Below are positions 45,720 through 56,199 of a stretch of 64,000 bases of DNA, piece by piece. The position numbers and the translations under genes were made by a program. Numbering within the stretch: the first letter of the stretch is position 1; each line of letters begins with the position of its first letter. Source of the stretch: Eledone cirrhosa (taxonomy: Eukaryota); NCBI GenBank assembly GCA_964016885.1, contig OZ024742.1:110050001-110114000 (forward strand). The letters are read 5' to 3'. The notes under the pieces are model-generated. The model made no database searches and was not told the DNA's origin. It saw only the letters and a program-made list of their open reading frames with translations.

Positions 45720-47813
45720 ATGGCTACCAAAAAGAAATTTCATACGTCACTCCCACTCATTCCGTCTTCTTCTTCCTCAATCATCACTACAGCAGAGAGA
45801 AGATTGTCTCTCTCCCTCCCTTCTTTAAATGTGTCTCTCTCCCTCCCTTCTCTTTCGCAAGCGACGAAAGAAAAGAAAAGTCTCGTGCAAAGCGTGCAAG
45901 GTTTCTCCACGACGACGACGACAGCGACGAAACAGGTGTGCGGGAAATACGAAAACCCAGTTCATTCGTCTGACGTCAGGAATAATAGCAGTAGCAGCCG
46001 TAATAACAACAGCAACAGTGACAATGAAAACAACAGTAGCAGCCGCAACAGCATCACCAGCAGCATAAACAACAACAGCATTAGCAGCAGCAACACCAAC
46101 AACAACCACAGCAACAGCGGCGGAGGCAGTAGTCGTAGTACCTGCAGCAACAAAAGTACCAGCAGCTCTGACGACAACAACAACAGCAGAGAAAAACCAA
46201 TCTCATTTGCAGGTATTGCGAAAAACTTGGAAACAATCCTCATAACAAATGAGGAATTAGAGGAAGCGAAGAAGATGGTGACAAAGAACGGACACCGAGC
46301 AATCTGCAAGGCAGCGAAAAATTTTTTCGAAACCCAAGAGCACTGTACGGTCACGTACCGTACAGTAAGTACAAAATCCCGTAGGGTGGAAAGAGCCACA
46401 GAGGCCCAAATACAAAAAGCCTTGGGGTCTGTGTGGCAGAGGAAAACGCACATCACCCGAGGCAAAAAATACGCCACCGTAGACGTACTTTTTGCCACAC
46501 CCCAGGAGGCAAAGGCCCAATCAGTAGTGACCCTAAGGAGCGAGGAAATGGTGTTGGTGCCCTCCTACTGCGGGCAAAAAATTGTGAGGGTCAAACTGAC
46601 CCACGTCCCCCCCGGAATGACCCCTTCTTGGCTGGCCGCGTCTGTCCTCGTCGGAATCGAGGACAAAACAACTGTACTGCAAGTACAGAAAAAAGTAAGA
46701 GAAGATTGGGTCGGCTCCTCCATTGAGATGCTAATCCAAACCAACCAGGAGTGCATCGAAGCTATCCCGGATGTGATAGACTTCGATAACGGCACTCAAC
46801 TGCCCATAAGTGTTGAGGGCAAACGCCCGAAATGCTTTCGCTGTGGATCGAAGACTCACCTCAGGGCCTTCTGCAACGAGAAGACCCTGAGAAAGGAGAA
46901 AACCCCCCTCCTTCCGAATCCGGCTCCACGGCTACCAGCAACAGGACAAGCGGCAACCAGGAACGATAGGTCCGTGGCACCCATACCCACTCCACGGAAA
47001 TCAAAGACAGCAGCAGCAGTGGAAATATTAACAACAACAACAGCAATACCAAATGCAGCTGCAACAGAGACTCCAGTGCAAACATCACCAACAACAACAA
47101 GTGAAAGAGTGGAGCTGGTACCCCTCCCCGACCTTACAGAATCAGACATGGAGTGTGAGGTGGGAGAGGGATGGCAAAAGGTCGCAAGAAGGCACAAACG
47201 CAGAAGCAGCGCATCGTCGCCTTTGAAAAGGGAGGAAAGAAATGAGAAAAGGGTAAAGTCTACTGCAAAGAGACCCACAGCAGCAACAACACCAACACCA
47301 TCACCACCCACACTAGCGCCACCATCACCACCGGCGACAACCCCACCGCCAACAACACCTTCAACACCACCACCACAAGCACCAACATCGCAAACACAAC
47401 AACAAAACACACACACCCAGCAACAACGACAAGAAAATAGCAGAACCACACCCCACCCCCAGAAAAACAAATGCACGGCAATAAATACACACAACAAGAA
47501 ACTAATGACTTACATAATTGAACACACAGACATTTCACAACAGGACTACATAATACCAGCACCAATCAAAACGCCAACTAACATAAGACTGCTAAAAATA
47601 GCACAGAAACAATACACAAATATTAAAACGAAATTCCCCAACGCAGTTGGTGATTTCAGGGACCTAGGAGGAACCATCAATCGAAGAGTATACTCAGACA
47701 TTCTCTTAGAAGAGCCGACGACCAGCCGAAGGGACGATTCAACGGTCCCTTCACCAGACGATCAAGTGAAAAGGGATGTAAAAACCATCCCTCCTCTACC
47801 AAAAGTACGGTAA
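45720..47813 (+). CDS. LINE ORF1 protein (Ser/Asn-rich N-terminus, putative RRM region, CCHC zinc knuckle, Pro/Thr-rich tail)
   Basis: Open frame with first ATG at 45720 (MATKKK); CFRCGSKTHLRAFC knuckle. Confidence 0.88.
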   Translation: MATKKKFHTSLPLIPSSSSSIITTAERRLSLSLPSLNVSLSLPSLSQATKEKKSLVQSVQGFSTTTTTATKQVCGKYENPVHSSDVRNNSSSSRNNNSNSDNENNSSSRNSITSSINNNSISSSNTNNNHSNSGGGSSRSTCSNKSTSSSDDNNNSREKPISFAGIAKNLETILITNEELEEAKKMVTKNGHRAICKAAKNFFETQEHCTVTYRTVSTKSRRVERATEAQIQKALGSVWQRKTHITRGKKYATVDVLFATPQEAKAQSVVTLRSEEMVLVPSYCGQKIVRVKLTHVPPGMTPSWLAASVLVGIEDKTTVLQVQKKVREDWVGSSIEMLIQTNQECIEAIPDVIDFDNGTQLPISVEGKRPKCFRCGSKTHLRAFCNEKTLRKEKTPLLPNPAPRLPATGQAATRNDRSVAPIPTPRKSKTAAAVEILTTTTAIPNAAATETPVQTSPTTTSERVELVPLPDLTESDMECEVGEGWQKVARRHKRRSSASSPLKREERNEKRVKSTAKRPTAATTPTPSPPTLAPPSPPATTPPPTTPSTPPPQAPTSQTQQQNTHTQQQRQENSRTTPHPQKNKCTAINTHNKKLMTYIIEHTDISQQDYIIPAPIKTPTNIRLLKIAQKQYTNIKTKFPNAVGDFRDLGGTINRRVYSDILLEEPTTSRRDDSTVPSPDDQVKRDVKTIPPLPKVR

Positions 47814-47848
47814 GTGGTCTTTCCCATCTTTTCCACTCTATTTTAAAC

Positions 47849-50800
47849 ATGACCTCACTCAGAATAGGCAGCATAAATGCGCGTGGCTTGGGGTCGTCAT
47901 GGAAGCAGGGTCACCTGCTCAACGACCTCAGGTCACTAAACATAGATGTAGTGGCCATCAGCGAGACCAGAATCTCCGAAGCACGGGCCTTCGCACCGAT
48001 CTTCGGCGGCTTCGATGTGTACGCATCTCCCAGCCGTCCTGGATCCGGTGGAGGAGTTGCTGTGCTTTTTCGGAGAGGTTTGGATCTCGCCATACGGGCC
48101 ATCTTCCTGGACCCAGAGGGTAAGCTGGTGGTGCTGGACGTGACCAGCGGAGACGGGCAAGCTTTCAGGCTAGTGGCCGTCTATGCCCCGACAGGAGCAG
48201 GGCGGCCTGATTTCTTCCGGCGTCTGGAGACCTTTCTTGGAACGTCCCGCTCTTTAGTGTTAGTGGGCGACTGGAACGGGATCTTAGATGCACGCTGGGA
48301 CTGTGTGGGATTAGCGGATAGGGGTGGAGGGTGCAAGAGCCTCACCAACCTGCTCAGGCGTTTTGAACTGTCTGACAGGTACCGATTGGATTTCCCGAAT
48401 GTGCCAATGTGGACTTGGACAAACCGCATAGGGTCATCCAGATCATATCTAGATAGAGTATTTTGTAGGGAAATAGATAGGTCTAGCATAGGCTGTCCAC
48501 AATTCAAGATAGTCAGCTACACGGACCACAAATTCGTGATCTGTGTGCTTGACTTAGATAGGCTTCATAGACGAGGACCCGGCTACTGGAAGCTAAACGC
48601 GTCCTTACCAGCGCGCAAGGCCTACAGAGACCGGATTAGCGAACTAGTTAAGCGGGCGTTGACGGGGGCCATCGTCAACAACAAGTGGTGGTTTGCTCTG
48701 AAAAGAGCGATTAGAATAGAATCGATTAGGTTTAGTAAGGCTTTAGCAATAGAGAAAAATAGAGCAGAGGGAGAACTAGTTAGAAAATTAGACGAGGCGC
48801 TTAGCAAAGGCATTGCGACCGACGTGCTTGCGGCGAAATTGGCCCTTGACCAATTCTTCAATGCAAAGCACGAAGGCTGCGTTGTCAGAGCTAGGGTGCG
48901 TGCTCTCAGACACGAGGGGACGAAAGCCGTTCAATGGGCCCGAGTGGCGGAGGCGCGTCGTGGCAACAAAGCCACGATCCGGTCTTTGGTGGACCACGAC
49001 GGGCGCATGCTACTCGATCCCGGGCAAATGTGTGAAGCTTTTCAGCGACACTTCGCTCAGCTGTTCGGGGGCAGCGGTGGGCCGGGTAGAGGGATGGACT
49101 TTAGTGTCTACCTCGACGGACTGCCGCGGCTCTCGGCCACTGAGGCGAAGTGTTGCGAAAAGCCGATAACAGCCGCTGAAGTACGGGAGGCAATGACTGG
49201 CTGCACAAGGGGTAAATCGCCTGGTTTGGATGGTCTGCCCTATGAACTTTACGTACAGATGCCAGACTTGTTCGGGGGCCTCTTGGCGGACGTCTACTGC
49301 AACTGGCAACAGAACGGGAGAATTCCCAGTTCTGTGAGCCGAGGAGCGGTGGCACTGCTGAGAAAGGATCCGAACAAGGGGGATAACATAGACAATTTCC
49401 GGCCCATAACTCTGCTAAACACAGAGTTTAAGATTTTGGCCAAGGTGCTAGCAAAGAGGTTGGCGCTTGTCGTTGGTGGTCTGGTGGGAGAGGCGCAGAC
49501 ATGCGCCATTCCCGACAGATCCATCCACGACAACCTCCACCTCATGCGATACATCGTAGAGAGGGTAGCTAGGGAACCTGGCACGGGTGGGTCCTTGATC
49601 AATTTAGATCAGTCGAAAGCTTTCGATAGGGTCGACCATCGTTACCTAGCGGCAGTCCTGAGGGCGGCTGGCTTTGGGCCCGTCTTCAGAGGCTGGATCG
49701 CTGCCATGCACAGCGACATCTGCTCTGTGGTGAGAGTGAACGGTCACCTGTCGGAACCGTTCAACATCATGCGCTCGGTCCGCCAAGGATGTCCCCTCTC
49801 GTCCCTCTTGTACGTATTGACTCTCGAGCCATTACTGCACAAACTGGAGACGTTGAGGGGAGTCCCGCGCGAACTAGGATGCGGAAGATCCGTGTCAGCA
49901 TATGCGGACGATGTCACCGTAGTGGTGTCGAACGCCAAACACATCGAGGCGATCGGCACTACACTAAGAGAATACGAAGCGGTGACAGGAGCAATGATCA
50001 ACCAGGAAAAGTCAGTGGGCCTGCAGCTCGGCACCTGGAGAGGCAGGTCCATGCCGTCCAACAGCGTCGTCGGGCGCTGGACGGACGGACCGGTTAAATT
50101 GCTAGGGGTCTGGTTCGGTCCGGACCTCCAGACGGACAAAAACTGGGACGAGGTGACGAGCAGGGTGGCTTCTCTCACCCAGAAATGGGCGGAGAGGAAG
50201 CTATCCCTGAAAGGTCGAGCGGAGGTGGCTAACGCGTACATCGCGTCTGTCATCTGCTACCGCCTAACCGTCGTACCTTGTCCTAAGCCTCGCCTGACTG
50301 CGCTGGAGCGTTTGCTCTTTCGCTTTTTGTGGAAGGGACGTGCTCCGATGGTCAGGCGGTCCATCTGTTGTCAACACCCGCTACGTGGAGGGCTGGGCAT
50401 GCCGTGGCTGATGATGCGCAGGCACGCGCTCAGGCTACGACATCTCCACCTCTTCCTCGACGGTGATCAGGTGTGGTCGCCGTTTGCTAGACGCGTTTTT
50501 CCCCAGCTCGTTTCCTTGACGGAGCTGCAGTCCTGGGTCAAGCGAAGACCGAGAGGGAGCGCCTGGAGACTGGAATGTCTTCAGGCGCTCACAGCCCTCG
50601 ACCAATCGGGCAATGTGATCGGTGGAAACTCCACCTCGGCGTTCTATAGAGGATTAGTGGAGGGGAAGAGCGACGACGTACTTGGGGAAACTCTAGGCGT
50701 CGACGAAAATCAACTAGCCAATCTCTTCGGAAGAACTTTCGGGCCAGGGCCTATGGACAACTTCCAGAAATCTCTGGCCTGGCAGTGCTACCGAGGAGCC

Positions 50801-51268
50801 TTGCCAGTTCGGGATAAACTCTACAGGCATGGAGGTGCCGTCAGCCGGGCATGTCCGAGATGCGCGCAGGGCGACGAAACCGTCCTGCACGCACTCGTCC
50901 AGTGTCCGAAAATTGCTGACTTGTGGGTTTATGTCGAACACCTGCTGTCGCGTTTAGGACGGATCCAGCTATCATCTGAGTCTATCGTGAGGATTGCCCC
51001 GCCCTCCTCCTTTAGCCGGGAAGGGCAGGCAGTTTTTATCTGTCTGGTGGCCATGGCGAAAGAGATAGTATGGTGGACACGTTTGAAAGGGCTGAAGACG
51101 AGCACTTACCTCTTCGGTGATGCTCTGATTGACTTTTTCAAGTTTCATTTGAAAAGGAAAATCAGAGTAGAGAAGGAAGTGCTCTCTTCCCAGCATTTTG
51201 TTGAAAGATGGGTGAGAGAAGCAAGAATGGCCCGAGTGAATGGGCCGACTCTGAGTATATATCTGTAA
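47849..51268 (+). CDS. LINE ORF2 polyprotein: APE endonuclease, reverse transcriptase and C-terminal zinc finger (1139 aa)
   Basis: SINARG, SET, GDWN, SYLDR, TDH, GYWKLN, KSPGLDG, FRPITLLN, DQSKAFD, RQGCPLS, YADD, GGLG, CPRC..ETVLHALVQC. Confidence 0.97.
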   Translation: MTSLRIGSINARGLGSSWKQGHLLNDLRSLNIDVVAISETRISEARAFAPIFGGFDVYASPSRPGSGGGVAVLFRRGLDLAIRAIFLDPEGKLVVLDVTSGDGQAFRLVAVYAPTGAGRPDFFRRLETFLGTSRSLVLVGDWNGILDARWDCVGLADRGGGCKSLTNLLRRFELSDRYRLDFPNVPMWTWTNRIGSSRSYLDRVFCREIDRSSIGCPQFKIVSYTDHKFVICVLDLDRLHRRGPGYWKLNASLPARKAYRDRISELVKRALTGAIVNNKWWFALKRAIRIESIRFSKALAIEKNRAEGELVRKLDEALSKGIATDVLAAKLALDQFFNAKHEGCVVRARVRALRHEGTKAVQWARVAEARRGNKATIRSLVDHDGRMLLDPGQMCEAFQRHFAQLFGGSGGPGRGMDFSVYLDGLPRLSATEAKCCEKPITAAEVREAMTGCTRGKSPGLDGLPYELYVQMPDLFGGLLADVYCNWQQNGRIPSSVSRGAVALLRKDPNKGDNIDNFRPITLLNTEFKILAKVLAKRLALVVGGLVGEAQTCAIPDRSIHDNLHLMRYIVERVAREPGTGGSLINLDQSKAFDRVDHRYLAAVLRAAGFGPVFRGWIAAMHSDICSVVRVNGHLSEPFNIMRSVRQGCPLSSLLYVLTLEPLLHKLETLRGVPRELGCGRSVSAYADDVTVVVSNAKHIEAIGTTLREYEAVTGAMINQEKSVGLQLGTWRGRSMPSNSVVGRWTDGPVKLLGVWFGPDLQTDKNWDEVTSRVASLTQKWAERKLSLKGRAEVANAYIASVICYRLTVVPCPKPRLTALERLLFRFLWKGRAPMVRRSICCQHPLRGGLGMPWLMMRRHALRLRHLHLFLDGDQVWSPFARRVFPQLVSLTELQSWVKRRPRGSAWRLECLQALTALDQSGNVIGGNSTSAFYRGLVEGKSDDVLGETLGVDENQLANLFGRTFGPGPMDNFQKSLAWQCYRGALPVRDKLYRHGGAVSRACPRCAQGDETVLHALVQCPKIADLWVYVEHLLSRLGRIQLSSESIVRIAPPSSFSREGQAVFICLVAMAKEIVWWTRLKGLKTSTYLFGDALIDFFKFHLKRKIRVEKEVLSSQHFVERWVREARMARVNGPTLSIYL

Positions 51269-51528
51269 ACTAAAGGTGGAAAACTGGGAGAGGGCACTTG
51301 CCTTGGTGGTCAGGGTCATTGTGGCTTTTTACTGGGCTTTCTCCACAAATGTCCCTCCGAAGTCTCCCCCCTATTGGGGAATTTTTCATTGTTATTTTCA
51401 TTGTTATTTTTGTTACATCCTCTGTTTTTGTTTTTTTACACGCAGAAATGCCCATTTGTACCGTCCTGCATTGTCCTGCACTGTCCTTAATGTCTACTTT
51501 ATGTAAACCCTTGTGGTTAATAAAGAAA

Positions 51529-51582
<54 letters not shown>

Positions 51583-51780
51583 GCGGTGGATTGGCAGTAT
51601 CGCTAGAGGGTTGGACGCCATACTTTCCAGCATAGAGTTACGTCCCTTTACGGACTGAATTCAAATCCCTCCGAGGATAACTTTGCCTTTCATCCTTACA
51701 GGGTCGATAAAATAAAGTACCAGTAATGTACTGGGTGTTTGCTGGCCTTGTGCCAAATGTAGAAACAAATATTATCATTC
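51583..51780 (+). mobile_element. tRNA-derived SINE
   Basis: gcggtggattggcagtatcg...gaattcaaatccctccgagg...actttgcctttcatcc...gctggccttgtgcc. Confidence 0.85.
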
Positions 51781-52780
51781 TTAGTCTTAGTTCTTCCAGT
51801 CCCTTGTGGAACATTGGGCGACGAGCTTCCTCCACTTGATCCTGTCACTGGCGGCCCTTCTAGCACCTCTCCAGGTAATTCCCATCTCCTGCAGGTCCTC
51901 CTTGAATGTGCTCCGCCATGTTTTTCGTGGTCTTCCCCGTTCTCTCCTGCCACCTTCTGGTACCCAATCCATGGCATTATGAGCAGGTCGATCTGCCGGC
52001 AAATGAAGGATGTGGCCCGCCAACCGCCGTCTCCTTTTCCGGACAATGTCCCTTAACCTCTCCAATCCTGTCCTCCTCATCACTTCCTCTTTGCTAACTT
52101 GGTCTCTACATGAAATTTTCAATATGGCCCGAATGCAACGACGGTGGAATACATCAAGCTTGTTACATACATTTTCCGTACTCTTCCATGTCTCACAGGC
52201 ATATATCGCTGTTGGCACTACAATGGACACGTAAACACGGAATTTGACGGCGTTGCCGATGGAACACCTGGACCATACCGGACGGAGTCGCTGGAAGACC
52301 GCCGCTGCTTTTCCCAGCCTTGTACGCACATCCACCTCAGCATCCCCATCGTCATAGATGTTGCTGGCAAGGTATTGGAAGTGGTTTACAAATTCAATGT
52401 TACGCTGACTAACCATGATGGGAGGATTTGGAGGGTCACCTGGCGACATGGTCTTGGTTTTTTCACAACTGATGCGCAGGCCAACATTCTTTGCATTGTC
52501 ATTTAGAACATTTGTCATCTCTTGCAGGTCTTCTCGGGAATGGCCTATCACTGCGATGTCATCGGCAAAGTCCAGGTCGCTTAATCTCCTTCCATCCCAA
52601 CTGATGCCAAAACGAGGGTCATTCATTGTCTTCTTCATGATGAAATCGATGACAACGAGGAAAAGGAAAGGCGAAAGGATGCAGCCTTGTCGAACATCCG
52701 TCAAGATGTCAAACATTTCCGTGTTTCCGTCCTTTGTCCTAACGCAGCACCTGGAATGTCGGTACAGCGACCTGAAGATG
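51781..52780 (-). mobile_element. RTE-clade LINE, 5'-truncated RT C-half (ORF 51787-52716)
   Basis: VRQGCILSPFLF, DLDFADDI, FQYL, IYACETW, RGRPRKTW; short ctaagactaag tail. Confidence 0.92.
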
Positions 52781-52924
52781 TGAATATATTATTATCATTA
52801 TATATATATATATGGATATAACCTTCTGATTTTCCACTACACTATGTGCATATATATATGTATATTTTTTGTATATATATATATTACAGTAGAAAATTGC
52901 AAACTTGACTGTCACCATTGAATA

Positions 52925-52963
52925 TGAACCTGAAGATTGCGAAAGCATGAAAGTACTTGTTCA
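52925..52963 (+). ncRNA. Minimal type I hammerhead ribozyme with palindromic stem III
   Basis: tgaac-CTGAAGA-ttgc-gaaa-gcat-GAAA-gtac-TT-gttca: 5-bp stem I, GAAA-capped stem II, AAGTACTT palindrome. Confidence 0.75.
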
Positions 52964-53475
52964 ATTAACATTTAACATTTAATATTCTACCATACTATTT
53001 CATTATAATATCATTATAATTTTAAAGGATTGTAAATAAAACGAGTAAATCAGACAAAGTTAGAATTCTTTTTATTCATATAATCTTCTATACACAATCA
53101 TACACACCCGTGTATATATATAAATATATGTGTGTGTATATATGTATGTGTGTGTGCGTGTATATATATATATGAGTTCGGATCTAGCTGTCGAAACGGC
53201 CGGAGCTCAGCCGTCGGGGTCCTGAATCTTTTCATATATATATGTATATATATGTATACATATATATATATTTATATATGTATATATATTTATATATGTG
53301 TGTGTGTGTGTGTGATTCTGTATATGTTTGTGTGTGTGTGTGTATGGGTGTATATGTGTTTGATGCGCATATATATCTATGTAAGAGTGTATAGAGATGT
53401 TTGTATAGATGTGCGCATGTAGGTTTTTGTGTATGTGTATGCATGTATATTTGCATGTTTATATATATATATATT

Positions 53476-53676
53476 TAAGTCGTTTGGAAGCCTCGACAAT
53501 GCAAATGGGTAAATCTCCGGGTAACAAGGTCCGGTGGTGGAGAGAGAGATGTAAGTGGGTGTACGTTGAGATGCGTGGTGTGTATAAGATGTGTGAGATG
53601 TGTAGAATGAAGGGAAGAGTAAAAGGATAAAAATAAAAATAACAACACAAGAGAGAGTTACCTTGGGAGAGATTTA
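53476..53676 (-). repeat. Dispersed PLE-associated repeat (copy of 5306-5500)
   Basis: Reverse-complement match. Confidence 0.85.
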
Positions 53677-53880
53677 ATAGTCCCTATATATTTCGGATTC
53701 ACATCCATCAACTGGGGTTTTTTTCCGTTTTTTTCGTTATAAGATGTTCCTTCCTTTTAATTCGGCCTGACTTTCACTTTTAATAGATATCACTTTCATA
53801 TTTATATCCAAAACATAATTGTTTTGTTTGACGAACGAACTGGATGTTTTCTTGCAAGAATCATTTAGTTTCTTGAAACG

Positions 53881-54143
53881 AAGCGTCGCAAGAAGGTGTT
53901 ACAAGATAACATCCAGGGTATAACGAAACCCGTTATCCGTCGTCTTGCTCGTCGAGGTGGTGTCAACGTATTTCAGGTTTGATCTATGAAGAGACCCGTA
54001 GTGTATTGAAGGTATTCTTTGAGAACGTCATTCGCGATGCTGTCACCTTCACCGAGCATGCTAAGAGGAAGACTGTCCCCGCTATGGATGCCGTCTATGC
54101 TCTGAAGAGACAGGGTAGACCTCTGTACGGATTCGGAGGTTAA
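53881..54143 (+). pseudogene. H4: Histone H4 pseudogene (5'-truncated, 1-bp deletion)
   Basis: [28 protein letters not shown]-[frameshift][58 protein letters not shown]. Confidence 0.97.
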
Positions 54144-54233
54144 GTTGAATATACAGGTGTCGATTAAAAGTCGGGATCCGATCGCCTGATCAAACCTGAA
54201 CTGATCGATATCGAAACAGTTGTAATATGCAAG

Positions 54234-54330
<97 letters not shown>

Positions 54331-54497
54331 ATTAGAATTTAGCTTCCAGCCTAGCTGTATACAGATATATATTGGAATTTCGTATTTTTAAAGAAATACT
54401 GTATGTTTATAAATAAACATTTAGAAAGTCGTAGCCATGCACAAACACCAGCAGCTATCGCCACCTTGTGGTGTCCAGCAGAAGCAAGGGGGACAAT

Positions 54498-54537
54498 CTT
54501 CGATGTATTTCGAACTGAATTGGTTCTCATCAGGACG
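54498..54537 (-). ncRNA. Minimal hammerhead ribozyme motif
   Basis: Minus strand: cgtc-CTGATGA-gaac-caattca-gttc-GAAA-t-ac-a-TC-gaag; stem I has one mismatch. Confidence 0.6.
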
Positions 54538-54791
54538 TTCTCTTCCGCTCTTGCAACTGCTGGACTTGCAACAGGCGATCCAACTTATACAGCTTCATAT
54601 GCAAATGAGATTAATCACCTCATTTACACAGACGAGAAAACTATATATTCTCGCCTATTTTTTGCAATGTATGGTATTGCTGGCCACAGGCAAGTCCCTA
54701 GCAGGACTAAAAAGCCACGCCCGTGATGCTCATGTTTAAGTATCAAGCGATGGCATTACTCGAAATCGAGTTGCAGCCATCATCATGTATG

Positions 54792-55098
54792 AACCCCTAG
54801 TTCCCGATGGAGTCGTAGGGACGCCGTATTTTAATCATGGTGGAGCCCATCTCTCCAGGTCTAACACAGTAGATTTCTTCCAGAGAAAGAGAAAGATAGA
54901 GACAAGGAGGAAGTGAGAAAGAGATATAAAGGAAGAATATACCCCCAGTGCTTAACTGATGCTTTTTTTATTGACCTTAAAAGGATAAAAGGCAAAGTTG
55001 TCATCTGCGGGATTTGAACTCAGAGTGTAGAGAGCCAAGCCAGAATAAATACCACAAAACATTCTATCCGACGTTCTACCCACTCTGTCCATTCACCG
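54792..55098 (-). mobile_element. SINE head plus long tail module
   Basis: Same composite as 31603-31937. Confidence 0.7.
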
Positions 55099-56199
55099 AT
55101 TTGCTTTACCCTAATTTGTTCTAAATCAGAATTTGTCTTTTATTTTGTTTTCAATCTCAACCGAAGTAAAATAATTCTTTTTCTTGCTGCTTTATTTAAT
55201 TTTCTGAAATTTCTCGCGGGGGAGCGATTTAACAACATTCTAAACATGGTGTATTTCATGGTGATAGTGATAGGAGACTCATAGTTTTGATGGCAGCCTT
55301 GAGTAAATAGACGAAAGTAAACAAACGGAAAAATTAATAAATTCTATTAAAAAACAAAACAAAAAAAAACAAAACAAAAAAACAATTAGAATTTGAAAAT
55401 TAAAAGAATAAATTCATTGAAAATCTCCAATGTTGCGACATTGACGATGGATTCTCCGTCAATTCCGACGATGAGCATTTAGTCGTTACATTAACTGAAC
55501 ATCCAACTAGGGAATTAACGTGTAAGTGATAAAGTTTTCCATAGACGTGTACGTTTAACATAATTCTCTGGCAGAATCAGCCAGACGGAATATGTGACAC
55601 AACTGGACATTTGAATTAAAGGTATCTTCTATCTGATGGGCATCCATGCTTTTTACACCTCTCTAGTTTCATTCATAAGGCTTGGGTTGATGTGAGTATA
55701 TGCTAAAGAAACTTGCTAATGAGATCAAAGCCAGGATCTCATGATTGCTAGGTAAACCTCATAAACACCCAGCCATGACTCCGCCCATGTTACAATATTA
55801 CCACTATAAACATTATAAATATCAATAATAGCAGCGATGACACCAATGGCAACAATAGCACCAACAATATTATGGACAGCAAGGATATAAAATACAGAAA
55901 ACATTAATATCATTTGCCAGCATTGTTAGAGATTGGTAGGGATTAAGTTTAACAATCTTCTCGGAAAAAGGATAAGTAACAGACGAAGAACGTCCCAAAA
56001 TACCACAGCTGTTTGTCCTAGGAGTTCGACGAGGAGAGAAAAACTAACTGAAAACTGGTGAGGGCTTCTTCGAAAGGAAACTTTGAAAAATACTTTCCTT
56101 TCTATAACAGGAGATATATTAGGTTGGATAGAGCTATGGTTTCGGCACTTTAAACCTCCTGCTGAAAATAATGCATGTGTCATGAAAATGCCAAGTATT

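Larger units (their letters stand above)
45507..51581 (+). mobile_element. Full-length, apparently intact Tx1/L1-clade LINE
   Basis: 5' UTR, two long open ORFs, 3' UTR with AATAAA and an (ATT)17 tail; preceded by (ATT)6. Confidence 0.95.

Noticed and set aside
53175-53189. 15-bp match (agttcggatctagct) to PLE2 at ~8301
   Set aside because: Too short and does not extend; cannot be distinguished from chance.
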